Notes: generated from the sequence alone by a model not told the origin. A stretch of 17,762 nt of DNA from Candidatus Krumholzibacteriota bacterium (GCA_963806035.1 CAWDWO010000029.1:1-17762); one strand, 5' to 3'; shown: positions 1 to 8,754, numbered from the stretch's first letter. Numbers and translations: made by a program.

Positions 1-1
1 G

Positions 2-256
2 GGATCGGGAGCGCTGGCAGTACGGGATGCGCTCGACTTCTGGGCGGAGAAGACGGTGCACGTGCCACTGCTCTCCCGCCTGGTCTCTTTCATGGCCACC
101 GCATGCAACTCGTCCATTGCATTCGTCGCCCATTGGAACCGAACGTGGGGGCCGGCGGCAGTCACTCTCATCTTGGGGCTCGCCTTCGCGGCTTCGGTCT
201 TCGCGCTGATGAGCCTGGGTCGTCGTCGCCTCCGGGACAAGGGGACTCATGCTTGA
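2..256 (+). CDS. C-terminal part of a membrane protein, truncated by the window edge (possibly an anti-sigma-factor tail)
   Basis: Frame is open from base 2 (GSGALAVRDALDFWAEKT...). It has a hydrophobic segment AAVTLILGLAFAASVFALMSL followed by RRR. Its stop overlaps the next start (ATGCTTGA, 249-256), suggesting translational coupling. The anti-sigma idea comes only from typical gene context. Confidence 0.6.
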   Translation, partial: GSGALAVRDALDFWAEKTVHVPLLSRLVSFMATACNSSIAFVAHWNRTWGPAAVTLILGLAFAASVFALMSLGRRRLRDKGTHA

Positions 257-1907
257 ACTGGTGCTCCGGCGAGAACGGAGCGGCCCTCTTCTCCCACCTG
301 ATTTTGGATTCGGAGTTTCCCGGGTGGGGACTCTGCTGGGACTCGGCGTGTGCCTGGTCCTGGTTTTGTCGTTTTGGGGCAGTGCCCGGGCCGGCTCCGC
401 CGACGCGGAGGCCGACAGCACACGGTTCACGGTACGCGTGGAGGCGGAGGCCGACTCCGCCGAGACTTTTCAGAGCGCGGCGGATCTCTACCGTCTGCTC
501 TTCGAAGCTTCCACCCAACTTTCTCGGACCCACGAGGAAGCGGCGCGAGACAGCCTGGTCCAGGTGGTCCGCCAGCTCGAAGCCAGAGTCACCGCGCTGC
601 GGGCCGCCCAGCGTGAGAGCGCTTCCATCGCTCCCGAACCCGATTCTCAGCTCAATGACCTCGAGCAGCAGATCCACGACTCGGCACAGCGCGGGGATTG
701 GAAGAGTTTCAATCAGGACCTCGGCCAACTTCTGGGGCATCTCGGAGAGGTCAGCGAACAGCTAGGACAGAAGTTGGGACAAGTCCAGTTGGAGATCTCA
801 GCGGAACGTTTTCGCCTGGCGACCGAAGGCGGCGGTTACATCGACGTTCAAATTCCCTCCGAGGTGCAGGAAAACCTCAAGTCCGGAGTCATGGCGTTCA
901 ATGAGGAACTGGGTCGGGTGCTGTCCGACTCGATGCTGCAGGAGCTGGGCCGCAATCTCGAGCATTACACCCAGAACGGAAAGGGTCCGCACATCCTGCT
1001 CGGGAAGCTGGGAAAGCACAAGCAGCCCAAGCAGTGGAAGATCATCGGGCGCTCGGTCTTCAAGATGGGATCGGACTTCCACGTGAACGAAGACGAACTG
1101 GTCCAGGGCGACGTGGTCGTGGTGGGAGGATCCCTCACCGTCTCGGGGAAGGTCTTGGGCAAAGCAGTGGCCGTCGCGGGGAATCTCAAGATCGACGATT
1201 CAGGAGTCGTCGAGGGAGATGCTCTGAGTTTCGGCGGTCACGTGCAGCGAGAGGGCGATGCCCAGATCGCGGGCCAGGAGATCGACTTTGGCCGCTTGAT
1301 CCCCGGCGCGGAGGGGGTCCGCGAGGCGGCGCCCTACCTGAACATCGTGATGCTCGCCCTGCGTCTTCTGATCATGGCGCTTTTGGCCCTGATCCTCTTG
1401 GCGCTCATGGGCGATCGTCTCGACCAGATGTGCACCCAGTGCCATGGCGGCCTGGTCCGGCCCTTTGCTCTGGGAATGGTCTGGCTTCTCGTCACGCTTT
1501 TTCTCTTCCTGATTCTCGCTCTCACTCTCGCTCTCACCATCATCGGAATTCCGGTGGTGATCCTTCTCGGCGCGATCCTCGCGGCCCTGGTGCTCGCAGC
1601 TTATTTCGTCACCTGCCGTCTGCTCGGTGAGCGCATTCTGCGCGTGCTGCGTCCCGGGAGCGAGCCCCTCAGCTGGCAGAGCATCCTATTGGGGCTCGTC
1701 GTGCTCGAGGGCCCGGCCATCTTCTTGGTGGTGTTTGCACTGATCTTCTCTCCAGGAGGAGAGGGGATGGCGCTCGCTCGTAACGTGGATCTGGTTCTGA
1801 AGTTCTTGGCTCTGAGCCTGGGCTATGGCTGTGTGATCGGCAGCCGCTTTGGATCGATTACCCGGCGCGTGATCCCCAAGGAACTGGCGACGGAACTTCA
1901 CTCCTGA
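249..1907 (+). CDS. Membrane protein with N-terminal signal/anchor, helical region, bactofilin-like (polymer-forming cytoskeletal) beta-helix and several C-terminal TM helices
   Basis: Hydrophobic N-terminal stretch ending in ARA. Gly/Val-rich repeats GDVVVVGGSLTVSGKVLGKAVAVAGNLKIDDSGVVEGDALSFGG. Multiple long hydrophobic segments, including LTIIGIPV, in the last ~190 aa. Confidence 0.75.
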   Translation: MLELVLRRERSGPLLPPDFGFGVSRVGTLLGLGVCLVLVLSFWGSARAGSADAEADSTRFTVRVEAEADSAETFQSAADLYRLLFEASTQLSRTHEEAARDSLVQVVRQLEARVTALRAAQRESASIAPEPDSQLNDLEQQIHDSAQRGDWKSFNQDLGQLLGHLGEVSEQLGQKLGQVQLEISAERFRLATEGGGYIDVQIPSEVQENLKSGVMAFNEELGRVLSDSMLQELGRNLEHYTQNGKGPHILLGKLGKHKQPKQWKIIGRSVFKMGSDFHVNEDELVQGDVVVVGGSLTVSGKVLGKAVAVAGNLKIDDSGVVEGDALSFGGHVQREGDAQIAGQEIDFGRLIPGAEGVREAAPYLNIVMLALRLLIMALLALILLALMGDRLDQMCTQCHGGLVRPFALGMVWLLVTLFLFLILALTLALTIIGIPVVILLGAILAALVLAAYFVTCRLLGERILRVLRPGSEPLSWQSILLGLVVLEGPAIFLVVFALIFSPGGEGMALARNVDLVLKFLALSLGYGCVIGSRFGSITRRVIPKELATELHS

Positions 1908-1943
1908 GTTCATTTCGAACTCTTGGGGAGCTCGACTCGCGGA

Positions 1944-2999
1944 CTAGACGCGCGAGCTTTGCTGGGAGCTCTGCTTACGCTTCTGTACCAGTTGACCGCA
2001 CGCAGCTGCGACTTCCCGCCCGGCGCTGTCGCGAACGGTACACACGATTCCCGCACTCCACAGATGATCCGCAAATCGTTTTACCCTCTCGGCCGATGGC
2101 CGCCTTCCGGCGAAGCCAGCGATTTCATTGAGGGGAATCAGATTCACCTTGAAGGGACCGCTCCGCGCCAGACGAGCGAGGGCCCTTGCGTCCTCTTCGG
2201 CGTCGTTTTCGCCGGCGATGAGTACGCATTCGAGAGTCACCCGGCGTGCGGTGCGGCGACCGTGCTCAGCGGCCAATGCCAAGATCTCCTGGATGGCCTC
2301 GCTTCCCGCCACCGGCATCAGTCGCCGCCGGCCTGCGGCGGAGGCGGTGGTCAGGGACAGCGCGAGCCCATAGGGACGCTCGAGTTCTCGAAGCCGCCGC
2401 ATTCCCTCCAGGGGACCGCTGGTGGAGATGGTGATGTGCCGGGCGCCGATGTCCATCGCCTTTTTGTGCGAGAGAATTCTCAGCGCGCGCTGCAGGTTGT
2501 CGAAATTGTCCAGCGGTTCTCCCATGCCCATGAACACGAGGTTGGCCTGGCGCGGGGTGGGGTGCATCCGGCTGAGTGCGAGCACCTGCGCCACGATCTC
2601 CCCCGGGCTGAGCTGTCGGCGCAGTCCCATGCGAGCGGTGGCGCAAAACACGCAGGCCATCTTGCAGCCCACCTGGGTGGAGAGGCAGAAGGTCCGGCGG
2701 CCGTTCTCCATTTCGATGGACACCGATTCGATGCGCTGTTGGTCCGAGAGTTCGAAGAGGTGCTTCACCGTCCCGTCAGCGGCCGGAGATTGGCCCACCT
2801 GCCGAAGCTGCGCGAGGCCGTGTTCCTGAGCCAGCCTCGTTCTCAGGCTCAGCGGCAGATCGCTCAACTCCTCGATCGAACGAAGCCTCCTCTGGTAGAG
2901 TCCATGGGCGAGTTGGCGGCCCCGGTAGGAGGGCTCGCCCATGCGCCCGAGGAGATCCTCGAGTTCTTCCGGGCTGAAATCGTGCAGGCAGGAGCTCAT
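1944..2999 (-). CDS. rlmN: 23S rRNA m2A2503 / tRNA m2A37 radical-SAM methyltransferase RlmN
   Basis: CLSTQVGCKMACVFCAT (CxxxCxxC), MGMGEPL, DGTVKHLF, VNLIPLN and C-terminal AACGQL with the catalytic Cys. Confidence 0.96.
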   Translation of the reverse strand: MSSCLHDFSPEELEDLLGRMGEPSYRGRQLAHGLYQRRLRSIEELSDLPLSLRTRLAQEHGLAQLRQVGQSPAADGTVKHLFELSDQQRIESVSIEMENGRRTFCLSTQVGCKMACVFCATARMGLRRQLSPGEIVAQVLALSRMHPTPRQANLVFMGMGEPLDNFDNLQRALRILSHKKAMDIGARHITISTSGPLEGMRRLRELERPYGLALSLTTASAAGRRRLMPVAGSEAIQEILALAAEHGRRTARRVTLECVLIAGENDAEEDARALARLARSGPFKVNLIPLNEIAGFAGRRPSAERVKRFADHLWSAGIVCTVRDSAGREVAAACGQLVQKRKQSSQQSSRV

Positions 3000-3016
3000 G
3001 GTGAAGTCGCGATCAC

Positions 3017-3046
3017 TTGACAGTGAACCGAAGTAGGGATCAAGTT
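3017..3046 (+). promoter_or_regulatory. Putative sigma70-type promoter/operator for the arsR-ntrX-like operon
   Basis: Perfect TTGACA at 3017-3022 with a weak -10 (CAAGTT, 3041-3046, 18-nt spacer). Short inverted repeats TCACT-N4-AGTGA (3013-3026) and ACTTGA..TCAAGT (3015-3045). Confidence 0.4.
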
Positions 3047-3079
3047 GCTACGAAACTCATGAGAGAAGCGCGGAACGAG

Positions 3080-3469
3080 ATGGCCAAGAAGAGTATAGAA
3101 GGAACCAAGTCGCGAGGCGAGGACGCTCTGGCGAAGCTGCTTGCCGCGGCCGGTGACGAACTCCGCCTGGCGATCTTGAGCTTCGTGGCCGGGGAGCCGG
3201 CATCGGTATCGCAGATCTGTGAACGTCTCGATGCCGCGCAGCCGCGGGTTTCCCACCATCTGGGAATCCTGCGTCGTTGCGGACTCTTGGCCGTGGAGAC
3301 CAAGGGCAGGCAGCGAGTCTATCGCTGGGCACCTGCCGGCGAGGGCACAGCCGAGCTCGAGTTGCAGGGCTTTTTGCGGCGTTGGCTGGACTTGCAGCAG
3401 GAGACGAATCTCGCAACCGGCCGGCCGGCCGGTGCGCAAGCGCAAGAGCTCGAGGACTTTCTTCTCTGA
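3080..3469 (+). CDS. ArsR/SmtB-family transcriptional regulator
   Basis: LRLAILSFV...SVSQICERLDAAQPRVSHHLGILRRCGLL...GRQRVYR winged HTH. The start is ATG 3080 or 3059; the ORF-track TTG at 3017 coincides with the -35 box. Confidence 0.85.
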   Translation: MAKKSIEGTKSRGEDALAKLLAAAGDELRLAILSFVAGEPASVSQICERLDAAQPRVSHHLGILRRCGLLAVETKGRQRVYRWAPAGEGTAELELQGFLRRWLDLQQETNLATGRPAGAQAQELEDFLL

Positions 3470-3484
3470 GCGTGGAGAGAGACA

Positions 3485-4849
3485 GTGGATTCCAAAAAAG
3501 GCCGAATCCTCATCGCGGATGACGACTCGGGACTGCGCGCGATGGTGCGACAAGTTCTGGAGTATGACGGCTTCGAAGTGGCCGAAGCCGAGGACGGTCC
3601 GCGGGCTCTCAAGGAACTGCGCAAGGGCGTCTGCGAGGTCCTGCTGCTGGACGTCAAGATGCCCGGTATGGACGGCTTCGAGGTCATGAACGTCATGCAG
3701 AACGAGGGACTCGAAGTGCCGGTGGTGGTGATCTCCGCGCACGAGGCGGTGGCGAACGCAGTGGAGGCCATTCGACACGGCGCCTACGATTTCCTGGAAA
3801 AGCCCTTCAAGCGGGAGGCCCTGAAGGTACGCGTGCAGAAGGCTCAAGAGCACGCGCGGTTGAAGCGAGCCAATCGAGAGCTGGCCGAGTCCTCTACTCG
3901 CGGCGGCGAGATCATCGGCGATGGTGCTTCGATTCGCCACGTGAAGGAGCTGCTCGAGAAGGTCGCGCCGACCCCCGCGCGAGTTCTCATCACCGGCGAG
4001 AACGGGACGGGCAAGGAACTCCTGGCGCGCGCCATTCACGCCCGTTCATCGCGCTCCAGCGGGCCTTTCGTGGAGCTGAACTGCGCGGCGATTCCCGATG
4101 ACCTCATCGAGAGTGAACTCTTCGGGCACGAAAGGGGCGCCTTCACCGGTGCGGAACGGCGGCGGCTGGGGAAGTTCGAGCGCGCGGATCAGGGGACCCT
4201 GTTCTTGGATGAGATTGGCGACATGAGTCAGGCCGCGCAGGCCAAGGTCCTGCGCGCCCTGGAGACCTCCACCTTCGAGCGGGTCGGGGGGCAGGACCTC
4301 ATCCACGTTGACGTGAGGGTGATCTCGGCCACCAACCGCGAGCTGCACGACGAGAGCAGCGGCTTTCGGCAGGACCTCTTCTACCGCCTCAACGTCATCC
4401 AGATCCACCTGCCTCCCCTGCGGGAGCGTCCGGAGGACATCGAGAGCCTGTTTTTGCACTTTCTCCGCAGCGCGGCCCTGGAGATGGGGCAGAAGGTCAA
4501 GGGGGTGGATCCGGGGGTGATGGCCCTGCTGAAACGGCAGCCCTGGCGCGGGAATGTCCGTGAGTTGAGGAATTTGGCGGAAAGGCTGGCGATCGTCGCG
4601 CCCGACGAGACGATCCACGAGGAGGACCTGAGCGTTCTGGCGGGAGAGGGTGGGAGCAAGCGAGAACACGAGGATGTCTTCTCCAGTCCCACCTTCAACG
4701 ACTTCAAAGCGGCCAGCGAGGCCATTTTCCTGCAGGGAAAGCTGCGGGAATTCGGCTACAACGTGAGCCGAACCGCCGAGGAACTGCAGATGCAGCGCAG
4801 CAATCTGTACAAGAAGATCCAGCGCTACGGCCTGCGGACCTCGAGCTGA
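3485..4849 (+). CDS. Sigma54-dependent response regulator (REC-AAA+-Fis HTH), NtrX/NtrC family
   Basis: Receiver motifs ILIADDD and LLLDVKMPGMDG, Walker A GENGTGKE, GAFTGA, LFLDEIGD, FRQDLFYRL, WRGNVREL, and C-terminal HTH NVSRTAEELQMQRSNLYKK. GGAGAG RBS lies before the GTG start. Confidence 0.95.
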   Translation: MDSKKGRILIADDDSGLRAMVRQVLEYDGFEVAEAEDGPRALKELRKGVCEVLLLDVKMPGMDGFEVMNVMQNEGLEVPVVVISAHEAVANAVEAIRHGAYDFLEKPFKREALKVRVQKAQEHARLKRANRELAESSTRGGEIIGDGASIRHVKELLEKVAPTPARVLITGENGTGKELLARAIHARSSRSSGPFVELNCAAIPDDLIESELFGHERGAFTGAERRRLGKFERADQGTLFLDEIGDMSQAAQAKVLRALETSTFERVGGQDLIHVDVRVISATNRELHDESSGFRQDLFYRLNVIQIHLPPLRERPEDIESLFLHFLRSAALEMGQKVKGVDPGVMALLKRQPWRGNVRELRNLAERLAIVAPDETIHEEDLSVLAGEGGSKREHEDVFSSPTFNDFKAASEAIFLQGKLREFGYNVSRTAEELQMQRSNLYKKIQRYGLRTSS

Positions 4850-4867
4850 GAAGCTGGCTCGAGGCGC

Positions 4868-4897
4868 TTGACCGCGTGCGCTGCTCTTACGTATTGT
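4868..4897 (+). promoter_or_regulatory. Putative sigma70 promoter for the small secreted protein / TPR activator
   Basis: TTGACC (4868-4873)-N18-TATTGT (4892-4897) in an AT-richer intergenic stretch. Confidence 0.5.
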
Positions 4898-5003
4898 GTA
4901 TCCTAGACTTGGGGTATGGCCCACAACACCAATTTAGGTCTGCCGGAGGCAATCTGGGGCCTGACGGCGTGAGCCGATGAAGGTTGCCTGAGGAGATTTG
5001 GTC

Positions 5004-5357
5004 ATGATGAGCAAGAGCAAACGCCTCACGATTGGAATCGCTCTTTTGATCTGCACGATGACGTGGATGGTGATGCCGGCCGCTGCCGCGGAAATGTCGT
5101 TGCGCGTCGATTACGACAACAGCGTCTACAACCCCACGCCACCTTCAGGTCGTTCGACCGGAGGCAGTGGAGGCATTCTCATCAAGGATACTCCGACCAC
5201 GCAGAACGGAGATCCCGATGAATTGACCGGGGGCAACCTGTCTGTCTACGCACCGACGAGTTCCAGTTCGGACGATTCTTCCTTGGTGAAGAGTCTCTGG
5301 CAGCGGCTCGTGAGTTGGATCCGAGGTAGCACGTACCGAATCGTGGAGGCTCGCTGA
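5004..5357 (+). CDS. Small secreted protein (117 aa), candidate signalling pro-peptide
   Basis: AGGAG RBS at 4991-4995, 8 nt before ATG 5004. Sec signal peptide MMSKSKRLTIGIALLICTMTWMVMPAAAA. S/G/T/P-rich mature region and C-terminal amphipathic helix SLWQRLVSWIRG. Confidence 0.75.
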   Translation: MMSKSKRLTIGIALLICTMTWMVMPAAAAEMSLRVDYDNSVYNPTPPSGRSTGGSGGILIKDTPTTQNGDPDELTGGNLSVYAPTSSSSDDSSLVKSLWQRLVSWIRGSTYRIVEAR

Positions 5358-5434
5358 AACAATTCGAAGTCGAGGAATCTCGCTTTTTCTCAAAGCGGTA
5401 TCTCTAGTTGAACCCTTCTCGCCCAAGGGATGCC

Positions 5435-8400
5435 ATGCAGGAGTTTCGAGAGGGAGAAGAGGGCTTCAAGCCTTCCTCCTCTAGTCCAAGCAACAGCGCC
5501 GAGAACCCCACGCTCTTGCGTACGGAGCAAGTGGGTGACTTGCACTATGACGGCGCGGCGTACTCCTCGGCGATGGAGTACTTTCGCTCCGCATTGCGCA
5601 GCGGCGCCGAGGCGGGGAGTGTGCCGGCGGAGACCTTGGCCCGGCTTCACCGCAAACTCGCCGATTGCTTGCTGCAACAGGGACTTCCCGCCGACGCCTC
5701 CCGTGAGCTGAACCAAGCCGAAAATCTGCTTCCCGCCGACGCTCGCCTGGCCCACGCCGTGTTGAGGGTCCGCAAGGCTCTTGTCCACTTCCGGCAGGGC
5801 AAGTACCGCAGGGCGCAGACTCTCGCGATGGAGGGATTCCGAGACCTTGCCACCAGTGACCAACACCGCGAAGTAGGAAACGCCCAGATGATTCTGGGGA
5901 ACTGCGCGACTCGCCTCGGACGCATGGAAAAGGCGGACGAGTTCTTCCAGGATGCTCTGGCCACCTTCCGGCGCATCGATCTCCCGCTGGGTCAGGCGCA
6001 GGCTCTCATCAACCTGGCGACTTTGGCCAAGAACGAATGCCGCTGGTCCAGCGCCCTCCAGCTCTTCTCCAAAGCGGAGACCATCGTGCGCGACCGGGGC
6101 CATTCGCACGAGCTCGCGGTGCTCCACAACAGCATGGCAGTGCTCTACCGGAAGATGGGTCGGCGTGCTGAAGCCATGGCGCAGGTGGAACGAGGCCTGG
6201 AGCTGGGTCGAAATCTGGGAGATCAGAGCCGTCTCACGCGGCTGCGGCTCCTCAAGGGCCAGATCCTCATCGATGAGGGGCACTACGGCGAGGCCGAACA
6301 GAATCTGCTGGAAGCGCGGGTGCTGGCCGAGCGGCGCCAGACCGGCCGTGATCTCGCGCTCGCGGACGAATTCCTGGGGGATCTCATGGCCGCCCAGGAG
6401 CGCTTCGAAGAGGCCGAGCTCAACTACCGCCTGGCCGAGAAGCGGGCCGAGAGCATGGGCCCGGCCAGCGACATCCAGGCCGAAGTCCTGCGGCGCCGCG
6501 CCGAATTGGCCTTGCGCCGGGGAGACGAGGGTGCCGCGCTCGCTCTGGCCAATCAGGGGATCCGCATCGCCGAGGCCTGTGGCGAGCGATTCGAGCTACC
6601 CTTCTTCGAACGCGTGATCGGGCTGGCTTTGGCCTCGCGGGGGGACTATCAGGCGGCACGGGACGCGCTGGAGTCCGCGCTGCTTCGGGTCACCGAGTCT
6701 CGTTTGCCTGTACAGATGCGGCGGATCCTGCGGGATCTGGTGCATCTGCACATGGAGCAGCCCGAACGCGAGTCTCTGCTTCTGGCGCGCACGCGACTGC
6801 GCGAGGTCGCGGAAATTCCCGACGAGAACAGCGAGTATTCGCCCTGCCAAGTTCAGCTGGACATCGCGCGCGTCGAACTGAATCTCGGCGAGTACGACGA
6901 GGCCTTGCTTGCGCTCTACGAACTCGAGCGGCTCTCGTGCACGGGAACTCACGGAAACCTCATGCGCGAAGTGCAGAGTCTGCGCTCGGAAATCGAGGAG
7001 GCACTCTCGCAGGACGCGGAGACGATCTCCTCGCGCTATCAGGAGCTGGCCGACCTCCCCGAACTTCTGGATACCGGAAAGCCAGACGCCGAGCGAAATC
7101 TCCGCAGCATGCTGCTGGCTCTCGCGGACAGACTGCGGGCTGACCGGGCCTTTTTGGCGGTGCAGGAGGCGGGCGAGGCTCCGCGCATCCTCTCGGCGCA
7201 TCATCTGGCGCGCGGACGCGCGGGCAGCATCGCGCGCCACGTCTTCGCTCTGCTGGACGAGGCCACGGGCCCCAGGGTCTGGACGAACCCCCAGGGGGAC
7301 GAAAGCTGGACCGCGCTTCAAGACGAAGAGCTGCGCGAGATCGGCGCCGCCGCGGCGCTCCCCTTGGGAAGCTCCGGCACCCTGCGTGCCCTGATCTATT
7401 TCGATACCGCGCCACGCAAGGGGGTCCCGCGCGGCTTCAACAACGAGGCCTTGGCGGTGGCCGCGAGCTACGTGGAGCTCTTGCGTGCTCCGATCTTCGA
7501 TCTGGCGCGCGGCGGACGCAGCGACAGCTCCAATCGAGCCTTCCTGCTGGAAGAGGCCTTCGAGAACATCATCACCGAGAGCGATGCGATGGTGGAGGTC
7601 TTGCGTCTCTGCTCGAAAGTGGCCCCCACTCCGTATTCGGTGCTCTTCACTGGAGAGACCGGAACCGGGAAGGGCCTTTTGGCCTACGCGGTGCATCGCT
7701 TCAGTCCGCGCGGAAACCAGCGATTCGTCTCCCTGAATTGCGCAGCCATTCCCGAGAGCTTGCTCGAGAGCGAGTTGTTCGGGCACGTGAAGGGCGCGTT
7801 CACCGGGGCGGACCGCACTCGCATGGGGCTCATTCCGAGCGCCGATGGCGGCACCCTTTTCCTGGACGAGATCGGCAAGATGAGCTTGCCCATGCAGGCC
7901 AAGCTCTTGCACTTCTTGGACAGCAAAGAAGTCCGTCCGGTGGGGGGAGGGGAGAGTCAGATCGTGGATGTCCGCGTGCTCAGTGCCAGCATGCGGGATC
8001 TGAAAGAGATGGTGCGCAAGGACCTCTTCCTCGAGGACCTGTACTACCGCCTGCTCGATTTCCCCATCGACGTCCCGCCGCTGCGCGAACGCGCCGACGA
8101 CATTCTGCTCTTGGCGCGCCACTACCTCGACCGCGTGTCGAGCGAGCTGGGGCGGCCGATGCCCCAGATGACGCGCGCCTTCACCAGCGGTCTGCGTGCC
8201 TACTCCTGGCCGGGCAACGTCCGCGAGCTGGAGAAGGTGATTCGCCGGGCGGTCATCCTGAGCGTCGGCGAGGAGCGTCTGCAGGCCAGGCATCTACCCA
8301 GCTTCTGCCGCGCTGGATCTGGCTCCCCCGAAGCGCTCGAGGGTGAGCAGCCGATCGACCGGATCCAGCCGCTCAAGAGCGAGGTCGCCCAGTTCGAGAA

Positions 8401-8527
8401 GGTTCTCTTGGAGCGGGCGCTCAAGAGCTGCGCCTGGAACCGCAGTGAAGCGGCGCGACGGCTGAAGATCAGCTACCCCACCATGCTCCAGAAGATCAAG
8501 CGCTACGGTCTCAAACTCCCTGAGTAG
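5435..8527 (+). CDS. Sigma54 enhancer-binding protein with N-terminal TPR array, GAF-like domain, AAA+ and HTH
   Basis: About 500 aa of TPR-like helical repeats (e.g. GNAQMILGNCATRLGRMEKADEFFQDALATF). GAF-like segment ADRAFLAV...AAALPLG...LIYFD. Walker A GETGTGK, GAFTGA, LFLDEIG, WPGNVRELE, HTH WNRSEAARRLKISYPT. No receiver domain. Start is ATG 5435 (AAGGGA upstream) or TTG 5408. Confidence 0.93.
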   Translation: MQEFREGEEGFKPSSSSPSNSAENPTLLRTEQVGDLHYDGAAYSSAMEYFRSALRSGAEAGSVPAETLARLHRKLADCLLQQGLPADASRELNQAENLLPADARLAHAVLRVRKALVHFRQGKYRRAQTLAMEGFRDLATSDQHREVGNAQMILGNCATRLGRMEKADEFFQDALATFRRIDLPLGQAQALINLATLAKNECRWSSALQLFSKAETIVRDRGHSHELAVLHNSMAVLYRKMGRRAEAMAQVERGLELGRNLGDQSRLTRLRLLKGQILIDEGHYGEAEQNLLEARVLAERRQTGRDLALADEFLGDLMAAQERFEEAELNYRLAEKRAESMGPASDIQAEVLRRRAELALRRGDEGAALALANQGIRIAEACGERFELPFFERVIGLALASRGDYQAARDALESALLRVTESRLPVQMRRILRDLVHLHMEQPERESLLLARTRLREVAEIPDENSEYSPCQVQLDIARVELNLGEYDEALLALYELERLSCTGTHGNLMREVQSLRSEIEEALSQDAETISSRYQELADLPELLDTGKPDAERNLRSMLLALADRLRADRAFLAVQEAGEAPRILSAHHLARGRAGSIARHVFALLDEATGPRVWTNPQGDESWTALQDEELREIGAAAALPLGSSGTLRALIYFDTAPRKGVPRGFNNEALAVAASYVELLRAPIFDLARGGRSDSSNRAFLLEEAFENIITESDAMVEVLRLCSKVAPTPYSVLFTGETGTGKGLLAYAVHRFSPRGNQRFVSLNCAAIPESLLESELFGHVKGAFTGADRTRMGLIPSADGGTLFLDEIGKMSLPMQAKLLHFLDSKEVRPVGGGESQIVDVRVLSASMRDLKEMVRKDLFLEDLYYRLLDFPIDVPPLRERADDILLLARHYLDRVSSELGRPMPQMTRAFTSGLRAYSWPGNVRELEKVIRRAVILSVGEERLQARHLPSFCRAGSGSPEALEGEQPIDRIQPLKSEVAQFEKVLLERALKSCAWNRSEAARRLKISYPTMLQKIKRYGLKLPE

Positions 8528-8539
8528 CGCGGGTTCTCT

Positions 8540-8627
8540 CCATCAAATTTCTTTATAGCGTCTAAGTGCCATGTTTCAGGGTGCTTATCGAGCTTCCTCT
8601 TTCTCCATCTATCAAAGAACTTTCTAG
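8540..8627. promoter_or_regulatory. Pair of candidate upstream activator sequences (enhancer sites)
   Basis: CCATCAAATTTCTTTATAG (8540-8558) and CTATCAAAGAACTTTCTAG (8609-8627) share CYATCAAAnnnCTTTMTAG and have partial dyad symmetry. They lie about 135-205 bp upstream of the predicted sigma54 start site. Confidence 0.6.
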
Positions 8628-8677
8628 CTGGATGAAGGCGCGGAAATCGTCTTCGCTCGGGGGTGAATGTGAATGCC

Positions 8678-8702
8678 TAACTCATTGTTTTTTAATGAGT
8701 TA
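8678..8702. promoter_or_regulatory. AT-rich inverted repeat, IHF-like bending site
   Basis: TAACTCATT-GTTTTTT-AATGAGTTA is a perfect 9-bp inverted repeat. The minus strand AAACAATGAGTTA is one mismatch from WATCAANNNNTTR. It sits between the candidate enhancer sites and the -24/-12 element. Confidence 0.6.
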
Positions 8703-8728
8703 CATTTTAGGCCCCGTGACCGCGATCG

Positions 8729-8744
8729 TGGCATGGAGGGTGCA
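8729..8744 (+). promoter_or_regulatory. Sigma54 (-24/-12) promoter 1
   Basis: TGGCATGGAGGGTGCA: GG (8730-8731)-N10-GC (8742-8743), close to the consensus TGGCACGNNNNTTGCW. Predicted +1 is about 8755. Confidence 0.8.
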
Positions 8745-8754
8745 ATACGTAGTG

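Noticed and set aside
1906..1922. GAGTTC-ATTTC-GAACTC hairpin between convergent genes
   Set aside because: Only a 6-bp stem with no convincing T-tract; too weak to call a terminator.
1923..3020. 365-aa plus-strand ORF
   Set aside because: Antisense shadow of rlmN, a common artefact in GC-rich DNA; no recognisable motifs.
3034..3049. Sigma54-like TAGGGATCAAGTTGCT upstream of the arsR-like gene
   Set aside because: The GG-to-GC spacing is at most 9 nt, not the required 10.
6596..8293. Long minus-strand ORFs (also 2996-4039, 4046-4924, 5390-6283, 10448-11902, 12970-14817, 16187-17074)
   Set aside because: All mirror well-supported plus-strand genes and lack family motifs.
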